64,000 nt of DNA, taken from Felis catus (taxonomy: Eukaryota). Below, piece by piece: positions 23,760-35,681 of this stretch; within the stretch, counting starts at the first letter, position 1, and each line of letters starts with the position of its first letter. The notes beneath the pieces were generated by a model that was not told where the DNA came from, did no database searches, and saw nothing but the letters and a program-made list of their open reading frames with translations. Position numbers and translations under genes: made by a program. The stretch is taken from the NCBI RefSeq assembly GCF_018350175.1, contig NC_058380.1, positions 81,778,001 through 81,842,000 on the forward strand, in the 5' to 3' direction.

Positions 23760-24852
23760 GAACATAGTTAGATTAGTCAATATGTGCTGAGATGAAGTAG
23801 ATTTTGCTCATATTTTTCTTATACTTAACGGATCATTGCTTAAAAGGAGATATGAAGATTCACTTTCTCACCCCACAGGCGCACTATCTACACTTAAAAT
23901 CTGATCATGAGAGAACTTTTTTCCAAATAAATTGGGCAAACCTACAAATAAACGAAAAAAATGATGAAGCTGTCTTCTCCTTGACTATATACATGTGAAT
24001 AACTTAGCCTACTGTGGCATATGAAACAGTGTTTTCAAAGAGTATATTGGTCCCAGTTAAGTTGTTACATCATCTTGAGCCCAATTGCTCAGAGTTTAAA
24101 GAAAAAGAGAGTGAATAGTTTACACATGGACATTAGGAGCACCCTATGAGTCAAAAATGGTGCTATGTATATTTTACTACAGTAATAAAAAGTCAAAAAT
24201 TGCTTTTACCAATCCTTCAAACTGGAACTAAGAAAGCCACTAAGGCACCTTACAGGCTAACTAATCATATTGCAGTGTCTGGAAATGGGCACTCCGTAGC
24301 TGAGGAACAAAGCCTGTTTCCAGTGGATACTACTGAATGCCTACTGGATAAAAAGTTAGTAAAATTAATGATGGCACTGTTGTTTTCTGATACAGTAACT
24401 CACTGAATTAAAGATATTGCTACACAACGTGGATGGAACTGGAAAGTGTTATGCTAAGTGAAATAAGTCATACAGAGAAAGACAGATACCATATGTTTTC
24501 ACTTTTATGTGGATCCTGAGAAACTTAACAGAAGACCATGGAGGAGGGGAAGGAAAAAAAAAAGTTAGAGAGGGAGGGAGGCAAACCATAAGAGACTCTT
24601 GGATACTGAGAACAAACTGAAGGTTGATGGGGGGGGGGGGGCAAGAGGGGAAAGTGGGTGATGGGCATTGAGGAGGGCACCTGTTGGGATGAGTACTGGG
24701 TGTTGTATGGAAACCAATTTGACAATAAATTTCATATAAATAAATAAATAAATAAATGACCTTTAAAAAAAAGATATTGCTACAAACATTAAGACTGAGC
24801 TAATATCTGGACGGCAGAACTACACTGTAGCCTTAAAAATGGATGAATCCAA
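23760..24852 (+). mobile_element. hAT-Charlie (Buster-type) DNA transposon fossil, degraded transposase
   Basis: Remnant peptide KKATKAPYRL..HIA.SG..HS.AE...ECLLDKK...SDTVT..IKDIATNIKTELIS...ALKMDES and an upstream zinc-finger-like segment; many stops and frameshifts. Confidence 0.75.
24425..24769 (+). mobile_element. Short feline L1 3' end inserted in the Charlie fossil
   Basis: L1_Fc-type 3' UTR; perfect 15-bp TSD aaagatattgctaca at 24410-24424 and 24770-24784. Confidence 0.93.
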
Positions 24853-25200
24853 TATGCTCCAACATGGATGAGCCTCAAAGACATTATATGCGGAGTAAAA
24901 TAAGTCAGATTCAAAAGGACAAAAGCTGTATGAGTCCAATTATGTAAGGAGCTTCGAACAGTCAGATTCACAGAGACAGAAAGGAGAACAGTGGTTTCCA
25001 GGGGCTGAAGAGAGAGCTGTGGAAAGTTGGGGCTTAGTGGGGACACAGTTTCCATACAGTATGATGAAAAAGTTCTGGAGATGGATGGCAGTAATGGTTG
25101 TACATCCATGTGAATGTACTTAAAGCCACTGAACTATACATTTTAAAACAGTTAAAATGGTAAATTTTATGTTACGTCTAGTTTGCAACTAGAAAAAAAA
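24853..25200 (+). mobile_element. L1MB-like 3' end
   Basis: aacatggatgagcctcaaagacattat...aaagttctggagatggatgg...aaaatggtaaattttatg. Confidence 0.8.
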
Positions 25201-25279
25201 AGGTGTGTGTGTGTACACATTCTCTCACATCTTGGGAGAAGCCCCAGGCTTTCTCTATGCATTTGCCTCTGTTTTCTAG

Positions 25280-25863
25280 AACAAGTGACTAATTATCTGG
25301 AGATCCAAGAAAAACACTCCTATCTCAGCCTGAGTTTCCTTGGTCTCTACTGAGAGGTCTCTACTTCTCTCCCCGACACAGTGTCTAATGAGTTCCCTGG
25401 GGTTGATGCCTGGGGAGGCTGTCTAGCTCCTTGGGATGAGGTCACATACAGGACAGTCAGATGCCTCTGAGCCCACACCTTCTTCCTTAACATCTGATGG
25501 AACCTGAAGCAGTAAGGTGGTGTATAGCCGGGGATGACAGAAAGGCTCATGACTCCAGTGCCTGGGGCTACATTGAGGAGTCACCTCTCTGGAGGAAGAA
25601 GAAATGTGGCCACTCAGGAGCTGACAACCTCATCTCTAGACTGAGGCAATAATCACACGTGCCCCAACATTACCCAACATTGACGGTCTTGATACCTCTC
25701 ATCAGAATCTGGGGTTCCTTCCTTTTCCTGGCCTATGAGCATTCTTTCTATGCTCCAAGCCCTCCATTCCTCCTCTAGACATCAAGACCACCAAGGCCAG
25801 GAAAAAGGTGCTTGGATCCTCCAAAACCCACTCTGGAGGTCACCATCCCTTACCTGAGTAAGT
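25280..25863 (+). promoter_or_regulatory. Candidate promoter and 5' non-coding exon(s) of OR gene 3
   Basis: TAATTA 25290, TAATGA 25386 next to TCCCTGGGGT, CTCCTTGGGA 25427, donor GTAAGT 25858-25863; all retained in the paralogous block 42485-43008. Confidence 0.6.
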
Positions 25864-26192
25864 AAATGGTATCCTCAACCATACCCAACCTAGAGTGCTT
25901 CTAACCTGGAGTGCCAGAAACTTACTAACACATTCATTTTTACAGAGAGGTAAAATGAGTTGCCCAATTACATGCAACACGTTAATGCCATAGGTAGGAC
26001 TACAAGCCAGGTCATGTGACCATTACTTACCACCCTGCCTCCATTACATTATCTCTTTGTCTCAAACTCTTCCACATGCCTCTGCTTCCCTTCTCCATTC
26101 ACAAAAAAAAAAAAAAGGAAGGAAGGATTTGCTATGAATGGTAAGACTCCAAGCAAAGGAATGGACCCTTTCAGAGGAACAGTGTAGCTGCA

Positions 26193-26276
26193 TGGATGCT
26201 GAGGGGTAAGAGTCCAGGCTCTGTCATCCCAGCCTGGATGCTGAGGGGTAAAAGTCCAGGCTCTGTCATCCCAGCC
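26193..26276. repeat. Tandem duplication, 2 x 42 bp, 1 mismatch
   Basis: tggatgctgaggggtaa(g/a)agtccaggctctgtcatcccagcc repeated twice. Confidence 0.95.
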
Positions 26277-26472
26277 TGGCTTCACAAGTGTTCCCTAAAG
26301 CCAGTCCTGCACTAAAGAGAACCCACATCAGTAGCCTTACCCCAACTTCAGAGCAGCATGGGACATAGGCTGTGGGAAAGGCTAAAACAGGAGAAAGGTA
26401 AGGAAGGAGAAACTAAGACCTGTCACACCAGCTCTGCTGTGAACTCATAGTACAGTATTAAATGACCAACTT

Positions 26473-26991
26473 NNNNNNNNNNNNNNNNNNNNNNNNNNNN
26501 NNNNNNNNNNNNNNNNNNNNNNNNNNNNNNNNNNNNNNNNNNNNNNNNNNNNNNNNNNNNNNNNNNNNNNNNNNNNNNNNNNNNNNNNNNNNNNNNNNNN
26601 AATAAATCAGAACCCAACCCAGTCAGACAGAAAAAGACAAATACCACATGATTTCACTTATATGTGGAATCTAAAAAACAAAACAAACAAACAAACAAAA
26701 AAGCAGAAACAGCGAACAAAGTGGCAATTACCAGAGGGGAGGGGAGCAGGAGGCAGAGGAAAATGGGTGATACAGGCTTCCAGTTATGGAATGAGTAAGT
26801 CATGAGAACGAAAGGTACAGCATAGGGAACATAGTCAATGGTATTGTAACAGCAATGTAATTGGTGACAAATGGTAGCTACACTGACCGCGAGCATAGCA
26901 CGGTGTACAGAGTTGTGGAATCACAAAGTTGCACACTTGAAACTAATGTAACATTGTGTGTCAACTATACTTCAATACACTAAATACACAA
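26473..26991 (+). mobile_element. L1 3' end (L1MA9/early carnivore type)
   Basis: 3' UTR motifs; TSD atta(a/c)atgaccaactt at 26457-26472 and 26992-27007. Confidence 0.8.
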
Positions 26992-27074
26992 ATTACATGA
27001 CCAACTTCCTTCTTTAGGTCTTAATTGGCCCTTTGCAAATGGATCATGTAAATTAGAATTTCAATCTTTTGCTT

Positions 27075-27282
27075 CTTTAAAATTTTGTTTTACTTTTTTT
27101 TTTTGAGAGACAGAGCACGAGTGGGGGAGGGGCAGAGAGAGAGGGAGACACAGAATCCGAAGCAGGCTCCAGGCTCTGAGCTGTCAGCACAGAGCCCGAT
27201 GCTGGGCTCGAACCCACAGACTGTGAGATCATGACCTGAGCCAAAGTCAGACGCTCAACCTACTGAGTCACCCAGGCGCCCC
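27075..27282 (-). mobile_element. Feline Can-SINE
   Basis: ...cacccaggcgcccc head, AG tract, T tail. Confidence 0.9.
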
Positions 27283-28089
27283 TAGAATTTGTTTTGACAC
27301 TCCTCTTTAGCACTGAGAGCTTGACTTCAAAAATACTGGTTTTTAAATCTGTAAAACACATGAAAGTAGAATTTTTCTGAGTAAAGAGGAAGATATTAGG
27401 ACTCCTGAGCCCCTGATCCCACTCTACCTCGCTGGTGACATGTCTGTCACATAGGAGGGTCAGTCCCAGGATGGAGGAAGAGGGTGACTGGAGATGGGAG
27501 AGAATTTGAGGCTGTGTCCTGGGGGTTGGCCAGAGGAAACGGAAGGTAGTTGATGTGGAAAAGTGAAGACTCAGGCAGACATGGCCACTGTCTTCAAACA
27601 TCCGTAGGAAGACTTGGTGTCTCTTCACCTCTGTGTCCCCAGGACCTGCCGTGACTGCCAGCACTCAGAAAGTGCTTACTGAGTGCTTAACAAATCAATA
27701 ATTCCACAAGTAAAAGAAAAGCAAAATTGTGGTCACTTGTTATCACTGAAATCAGTAAAAAAAGAATATTGGAAGTGTGAGGTTCAGAATTCTTGACTCT
27801 TGACTTTAATACCAAAAATGCCATTTTTGCTCAGTATAACTCTACGGGTAAAAATTTAGAAGGCCAGGAAGTTCCCTGTCACTACAGGTATACAAGCTGG
27901 ATGACTGCCATCAGAGCTACTGCAAGTCTCTTGCCCTGGGTGGTGGTTTCGAAGGAATGATCTCTGATTTTTCTTCTGGTTCTGAGATTAGTTAGTTCTT
28001 CAGACACTTACTGAACATCGATTATGTGCCAGTTTCCTACAGCTTACATACACGCATCCATTAAATAATATTGTTAAAGAGCAGAAATA

Positions 28090-28365
28090 ATTATAGCTGG
28101 CATTTATCAGGAGTTTATTCTGTCTGACTTACACTACTAACTACATATGCATAATATATATGCACATTTACATATGCTATATATGCATATTATGAGAATC
28201 CTTATAACCACCTACAGGCAGATCCTATTATAATTACTGTTTCTAAACCAGAAAACTAAGGCTTAAAGGTTAAGCAGCTTGCCCAGTCACTCTGCCAATG
28301 TCTGGTGAGGCTAGTACTTGAAACCAGGACAGTCTGATCTCAGAGCCCTCAATTTAGCCACTAGG
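28090..28365. mobile_element. MIR
   Basis: gaaaactaaggcttaaaggttaagcagcttgccc core. Confidence 0.65.
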
Positions 28366-28474
28366 CTGGACTCAGTGGAGTTTGCAGTTGAACCCAACTC
28401 AGTCACACCCCAAGTGGCTTTGCGGTTGAGCGGTCCCATAATACTCTCCTCAATCCCCTCTCTGCTCTCATTAT

Positions 28475-29355
28475 TTTAAAAATTTTATTTTATTGTGGTA
28501 AAAACACTTAATATGAGATCGACCCTCAACAAATATTTAAGTATACAATGCCTTATTACTGACTATACATCCCCTGTTGTATAACAGATCTCTAGAGATT
28601 ATTCATCCTGCTTAACTGAACCTTATGCCCATTGTAACTCCCCGGTGTCCCCTCCCCAGCCTCTGGACACCATGCCACTCTCCGATTCTATGGATTTGAC
28701 TGTTTTAGATATATAAGTGGAATTGTGAAGTTATTTGTCTTTCTGTGGCTGCCTTATTTCACTGAGTATAATGAACTTAACGTTCATCCACACTGTCGCC
28801 ATCTGGCAGAATTTCCTTCTATTTTAAGGCTGAATAGGATTTCATTGTACATCTAGAACACATTCCACTCATCCGTCAATAGACATTTAAGTTGTTTCCA
28901 CACCTTGGCCATTATAAATAATCCTGTAATGAACATAAAAGTGCTAATATCTTTTCAAAATAGTTATTTCATTTTCTTTGGACCTATACCAAGAAGAGAA
29001 ATTGCTGTGAGCCTATGGTAATTCTATTTTTTATTTCTTGAGCAACCTCCATACAGGTTTTCCGTAATGGCTGTACCAATTTACATTCCCATCAACAATG
29101 TAGAATGGTTCCCTTTCTCCACGTCCTTGCCAACACTTGTTGTCTTTTGTTTCCTTGGTAACAGCCATCATAACAGGTATGGGGCGATACCTTATTACAG
29201 TTCTGGTTTGCATTTCTCTAATGATGATTGACATTGAGCATCTTTTCATATACCTCTTTGTCATTTGTATGTCTCCTTTGGGAAATGTCTGTTCACATCC
29301 TTAACCCATTTTTTAACTGGGCTATTGGGTTTCTTACTATTGGGCTGTAGGAATT
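28475..29355 (-). mobile_element. Old L1 (L1MA/MB) 3' portion
   Basis: Antisense MKRCSMSIIIREMQT..CWQG..VWRLLKK; terminus ttttattgtggtaaaaacac. Confidence 0.85.
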
Positions 29356-30680
29356 CAATCACTTGCTTCTTAATTGTAAACTTCTCAGGCAAGGCCCTTG
29401 ACCCTACCTGGCACATGCACCTACCCTATGACCATGCCCCCTTGCCTCTTCCTGGCCTTTTCTCCATTTCTCCCACTGTCTCAGCTCAGAAACAGCCTGC
29501 CTGGGAACTAAGAAGGATGCATAGAGATAATCATAGGAATGAGGGTGTCGTAGCAAACCAGTCTCTTGTCCCACATCAAAAAACCTTTGAGTAAGTCAAA
29601 AGTATTGGCTAAACAAAGGTCATCCGGCTTTGCTAAGATATTTGAAACCATTCTAGGTGACCTGGTTGTGGGAAGACTGTCAGCATTGGGCCCCATAACT
29701 TATCCGTCACTACTGCAGAAAAGACCTCACAAAGTAGGAAACCCACTGAAATCTCTGTCCCTTCTCATTCTCTGACCAGGAAATTCTAACGCTGCCTGTT
29801 TCACACCTCTCCAGAAGCTTTGATCTTGCTCTTCTTTCAGTGACCACCTCATCCCTGCCTCTCTTTCTCTCAAAAATAAACATTAAAAAAGTATAAATAT
29901 GATAACTATTATTTTCCATTATTATATATTACTTTATGTTATATATTATTTATATAATTATCACTTATACAGCACCTGCTCATTTACAAAACACTTTTCA
30001 GATATGTTCCTTCATTTGATGCCCACAACATTTTGACAGAAATGGTGTTGTACTTCTCCCATTTTTCCATGAGAAAAATAAAGAAGGCACAAGATATTCA
30101 AAGGGGAACACCTGGTAAGTAACCACACCAGGACTAAAACCAAATCCTGGACTTTTTACACTAATTCTCCTGATCCAAAGAATCTAATTCTGGCACTTAT
30201 ACAACATGCTCCATCATTCAAGGTGCTGTCAAAGCTGTCCATTCTGAGTTTATTCTGTTAGCAAATATGTAACAGGCAGAGAGTTAATATAGCAGAATGG
30301 CAAAAAATACAAGACCCTGAGGCCAAACTGCTTGCTAGGCAAGGTGGACATTAGGAGTCCAAGGCCAGGAACATAGTGACTGACCAGGATTAAATTCTGG
30401 CTCTTGGCCAGAATGACTTCATCCTGAGCACAAGAGCAGGTAATTGACTTCTGATTATGTTTCACTGCAGCCGAGTCTCTGTCTTTATGTGGATAAGCAG
30501 AGCCACAATTCCTGCCAAACTGAGGTCCCGCTTTGTTCTTTCTGGACCTTGCTTCACTGCACCCATTTCAAGGATAAGAATCCAGTTCCTGAAGCCACAT
30601 CAAAAATGCATACTCTCATCAATTATACCAGCCTTCACGGGAAGTTGTAACAACTGGAGACTCCAAGCCAGTACACATGC

Positions 30681-30710
30681 CTAACATTCCTTTGTATTTT
30701 CTACTTGCAG
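30681..30710 (+). promoter_or_regulatory. Branch point and splice acceptor of the OR gene 3 coding exon
   Basis: CTAAC 30681-30685, pyrimidine tract, ttgcAG 7 nt before ATG; same layout in gene 4. Confidence 0.75.
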
Positions 30711-30717
30711 GATAAAA

Positions 30718-31647
30718 ATGTCAAGGGGAAACCAGAGTCACATCACAGAATTCCTCCTTCTGGGACTGACCAGTGACCCCAAATATCAGGAGTGGCTCTT
30801 TGCCAGCTTTCTGGCCATGTATCTGGTCAACGTGGCTGGCAACTCAGTCATCATTGCAGCCATCCGGGGGGACACCCGCCTCCACACCCCCATGTACTTC
30901 TTCCTCTCCAATCTGTCCCTGGTGGACATCTGCTTTACAAATGTCATCGTGCCACGGATGCTGGCAAACATGCTGAACAAGACCAAGAAGATCTCCTTTG
31001 CCCAGTGCCTCACACAGATGTATTTCTTTGTGACCTGTGCGATCACTGACAGCTTCCTCCTGGCTGCCATGGCTATTGACCGCTACATGGCCATCTGTAA
31101 CCCACTGCATTACACCACGACCATGAGCCCCCAGCGCTGTCTCTTGCTGGTGACAGTGTCCTGGGTGCTGTCCCACCTTCACTCACTCACCCACACGATT
31201 CTCATGGCCCGCCTCTCCTTCTGTGGGCCCAACGTCATCCACCACTTCTTCTGTGACGTCCAGCCACTGCTGACGCTCTCCTGCTCTGACACCTCTGTCA
31301 ATGAGCTTTTGGCCTTCACAGAGGGCTCCTTGGTGATCATGAGTCCCTTCATCTTGATCATTGTCTCTTACGTCCACATCACCCGTGCCGTTCTGAGGGT
31401 CCCTTCTCGAGGAGGCAGGCACAAGGTCTTCTCCACCTGTGGGTCCCACCTCACAGTTGTGGCACTCTTCTATGGGACTGCCATCTCTGTGTACATTCGC
31501 CCCTCATCTACCTACTCAGTGACAAAGGACAGTGTGGTCACTGTTATTTATACTGTGGTAATCCCCATGTTGAACCCTTTTATCTACAGTCTTAGGAACA
31601 AGGACATGAAACAAGCCTTGAGAAAGCTGACTAGGAGAAAGGAATAG
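30718..31647 (+). CDS. Olfactory receptor family 1 (possibly OR1AF-like), 309 aa, intact
   Basis: NQS glycosylation site, LHTPMYFFLSNLS, MAIDRY, HFFCD, KVFSTCGSH, PMLNPFIYSLRN. Confidence 0.92.
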   Translation: MSRGNQSHITEFLLLGLTSDPKYQEWLFASFLAMYLVNVAGNSVIIAAIRGDTRLHTPMYFFLSNLSLVDICFTNVIVPRMLANMLNKTKKISFAQCLTQMYFFVTCAITDSFLLAAMAIDRYMAICNPLHYTTTMSPQRCLLLVTVSWVLSHLHSLTHTILMARLSFCGPNVIHHFFCDVQPLLTLSCSDTSVNELLAFTEGSLVIMSPFILIIVSYVHITRAVLRVPSRGGRHKVFSTCGSHLTVVALFYGTAISVYIRPSSTYSVTKDSVVTVIYTVVIPMLNPFIYSLRNKDMKQALRKLTRRKE

Positions 31648-31934
31648 AATACTCATATTCTGCTACCTCTAGGAGTTTAATAATTGACTCAACAATTAAA
31701 GGTTAAGCACCTACTACCTGCAGATATTACGTTGAATTCTGTGAGGAAGGCAAAATACATCAATCATCTCTTCTGTCTCCAAAAGTATTTACAGTCTAGT
31801 TAGAAGAAAGAAAAAGACTGTTAAAAGCTTACTGTAATCAGAATGTCATACTTTTTCATATTATCAACCTTAATAAATTATAAAATAACCCCCCAACTCC
31901 CTTCTTCCTCACTTTATCCCTTCTTTTTTATAAT

Positions 31935-32153
31935 ATTTTTTTAAAAATTTTTAAAGTTTATTTATTTTTGACAAAGAGAGTGCATGAGAGGAGGAGAGAG
32001 GCAGAGAGAAAGAGGGAGACACAGAATCCGAAGCAGGCTCCATGCTCTGAGCTGTCAGCACAGAGCCTGACGTGGGCCTCAAACCCATGAACCACGAGAT
32101 CATGACCGGAGCCGAAGTCGGATGTTTAACCGACTGAGCCACCCAGGTGCCCC
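31935..32153 (-). mobile_element. Feline Can-SINE
   Basis: Typical head, AG tract, T tail. Confidence 0.9.
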
Positions 32154-32849
32154 TTTTTTATACTCTTTAGTTCATGCATCTTATTATGTAAATTACCAGT
32201 GTAGACCAATATGTTTAACCATAAAGAGTAAGGAAGAAAAGCTTCTGAATGTATAGTTTCAACAGTTTAGGCATATGGTTTAATGTTCCTACCAAATAAG
32301 TCATTAATTCTACACTTGGTTCTCTTGGACCTGAATAGATTTTCTTAGTAAGATATAGTATAAATATCAATATAATAAAGCTCATACTGCTCCATAGCTG
32401 TCTACTTAAGGGCTTCAGGGGGTAACAAACTAACCTGGAGTGGTAAAAAGGTCATAGAATTCTAAGACAAGAAACTTGAAATTAGGTCACAACTTGGTCT
32501 TCCTAGTTTTATGAAGAAGGCTGTCACTATCTCCAAGCCCCATTTTCCTCAGTGACAAAAATAAGCATCTGTGTGCAGTACATCCTGGAGAGGAGAGTCA
32601 GATCCAAAAATGGGTGACAAGAGTGTCCTCAAGGAGGGGTGATTTGGTGTGTACTGAGTCCAAGTAGAGTGAAGAAGGCATCCCTGTTGGGAGCCTGGAT
32701 CTTTGGAGACACAGCTAATTACAGGACTGGGGCAGAGAAAGAACAAGATGATCCTGGAACATCTTGAGATAGAAAGCAAGAAAGTGCCTAGAGAATGGTG
32801 GGAACATATCAAAAGAACACAGAAGCAATAAATTATATAACTCACTGAA

Positions 32850-33525
32850 CAAAGTAAAAAAAACGGGAGTCTATACCAATATAGGTAAATGAACAGATGG
32901 GAAGAATTTTGGTGAGGAATGGGGTAGTTACATCATTTCATAAAATACGTATTTCTAACAAAAAGGAAAAGTAATTTCACAGAGAAGTCTGGCAGAACCA
33001 CTTTAATCCAGTAATCAGAATGAATATCAATAGTAATGGGACAATTCAAAATCCTGTACCCCCTTATAAGGTGCAATGACTAGAATCAAGTGTCACTTCT
33101 ATGATATTCCTGCCAACAATGGATAGCTCAAATCTAGTCATAAGGAAATGAAAAATAAACCAAATTGAGGGATATTCTAGAAAACAAGTACCCCATAATA
33201 TTCAAAGATGTCAAGTGTGTGAAAGTTAAGGAAAGTTTGTGGGATTATTCCAGCCTGGGGGAAACAAGTTAAATGTAATATAGGATTCTGAACTGGATAT
33301 TTTTATTATTCCTTTTGCTATGGAGACATTATTGGGACAAGCAGTGAAACTTGACATGGTAGATATGGTAATGTATTAATGTTAATTTCCTGATTTCAAT
33401 TTTATTGTGACTATGGAGGAGAATGTCTCTGTAGGAAATACATACTAAACTATTTGAGGGAGAAAGGTCACGTTTTGTGCCATAATGGCATTTTTCTGTA
33501 ATCTGGAGACTGTTTCAAAATTTTA
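32850..33525 (+). mobile_element. Old L1 (L1MC/MD-like) 3' region
   Basis: gacattattgggacaa...taatgttaatttcctgattt...gtaggaaatacatactaaa. Confidence 0.6.
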
Positions 33526-33529
33526 GACA

Positions 33530-34900
33530 ATTTTTTTTAGTTTCAGCTGTAGAAGTTAGTGATTCATCACTTACATACAATACCCAATGCTCATCACAAG
33601 TGTCCTTCTTAATATTTATCATCTATTTAACCCATCCCCCCACACACCACCCCTCCATCAACCCTCAGTTTGTTCTCTGTAGATTAGAGTCTGTTTCCTG
33701 GTTTGCATCTCTTTTTTTTTCTATGTTCATCTGTTTTGTTTCTTAAATTTCCCATATGAGTGAAATCATGTGATATTTGTCTTTCTCTGACTAACTTATT
33801 TTGCTTAGCATAATACTCTCTAGCNNNNNNNNNNNNNNNNNNNNNNNNNNNNNNNNNNNNNNNNNNNNNNNNNNNNNNNNNNNNNNNNNNNNNNNNNNNN
33901 NNNNNNNNNNNNNNNNNNNNNNNNNNNNNNNNNNNNNNNNNNNNNNNNNNNNNNNNNNNNNNNNNNNNNNNNNNNNNNNNNNNNNNNNNNNNNNNNNNNN
34001 NNNNNNNNNNNNNNNNNNNNNNNNNNNNNNNNNNNNNNNNNNNNNNNNNNNNNNNNNNNNNNNNNNNNNNNNNNNNNNNNNNNNNNNNNNNNNNNNNNNN
34101 NNNNNNNNNNNNNNNNNNNNNNNNNNNNNNNNNNNNNNNNNNNNNNNNNNNNNNNNNNNNNNNNNNNGAGAAGAAATGGTGTGTGTATGTGTATATATAT
34201 ATATACACACACCATTTCTTCTCTTTCCATTTATCAATCTATGGACATTTGGGCTCTTTCCATACTTTGGCTATTGTTGATAATGCTGCTATAAACACTG
34301 GGGTATATGTGTTCCTCCTCATAAGTATTTTTTTATCCTTTGGGTAAATACCTACTACTGCAACTGTGGATCATAAGGTAGTTCTACTTTTAACTTTTGG
34401 AGGAATCTTCATACTGTTTTCCAGAGTGGCTGCACCAGTTTGCATTCCCACCAATAGTGTAAGAGGATTCCCCTTTCTCCTCATCCTTGCCAACACCTGT
34501 TGTTTCCTGTGTTGTTAAGTTTAGCCATTCTGACAGGTGTGAAGTGATATCTCATTATAGTTTTGATTTACATTTCCCTGATCAGTGACGTTGCACACTT
34601 TTTCATTTGTCTGTTGGCCATCTGTATGTCTTCTTTGGAAAAATGTCTATTCGTGTCTTCTGCCCATTTTTAAACTGGAATGTTTGTTTTTGGTGTTGAG
34701 TTTGATAAGTTCTTTATATATTTTGGATACTAACCCTTTATCAGATATGTCATTTGAAAATATCTTCTCTCATTCAATAGTCTGTTTTGTTGATGGTTCC
34801 TTCATTGTACAGAAGATTTTTATTTTGACTTACTCCTAATAGTTTATTTTTGCTTTTGTTTCCCTTGCCTCAGGAGACATATCTAGTAAGAAGTTGCTAC
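33530..34900 (-). mobile_element. Carnivore L1 3' portion containing an N gap
   Basis: T tract, antisense 3' UTR and ORF2 C-terminus. Confidence 0.85.
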
Positions 34901-34996
34901 AGCCTTGAAGAATTCTTTAAGCTGCTAAATACTTTCAATATCATAAGAACCTCAAACTTAGTGACCATTTCTGAAGAAAATGAAATATTGAAATAT

Positions 34997-35212
34997 GGGA
35001 GTGCCTTGATGGCTCAGTTGGTTACGGATCCAACTCTTGGTTTTGGCTCAGGTCATGATCTCACAGTTCATGAGACTGAACCCCACATCGGGCTCCAAGC
35101 TGACAGTGTGGAGCCTGCTTGAGATTCTCTCTCTCTCCCTCTCTCTTTCTCTTTTCCTCCCCTTCCCCCACTTGCACTCTCTTTCAAAATAACTAAACTT
35201 AAAAAAATGTTA
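34997..35212 (+). mobile_element. Can-SINE
   Basis: Head gggagtgccttgatggctcag, CT tract, A tail. Confidence 0.85.
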
Positions 35213-35681
35213 AAATACAAATTATCACTGTCATAAAAATGTATTTCCATGAAGTAAAGGTGTGGTAGATATTTTATAACAAATTATTGTATCCTACTAC
35301 CTTGTATAGTAATCAAACTTTCTGTTATTTTAAAATATCACTTATTTATTTACATAGTGTGTTGGATAGACTACTGTCAATCCACCACTCTAGAACTACA
35401 TTTCCCAGAATTCCTTTCTCTCTATGGTTCTGGGATAGTTTGCCAAAAAAGGAACTTATATCATATTTGGAACACAGAAGTGAAGTGCAAGACATTATTC
35501 CCTGGAGACAGATACAGCCAAATGTGTGGACAGAGTAAGAATTTATAATAGCTCCTGAAAAAAATTCATGAAACCACCTGCTTTGCAACTGCAAACTAAG
35601 ACACTTTGTGGAAACTTCTCAGATATTCTCAAGAGTTATGGCATCTTCTAGGCAAGCCTTTGAGAACCCTCTGCTTTAGAA

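Noticed and set aside
29355-29890. Possible ERV internal fragment ending in a SINE-like tail
   Set aside because: Could not be assigned by eye; needs a Dfam search.
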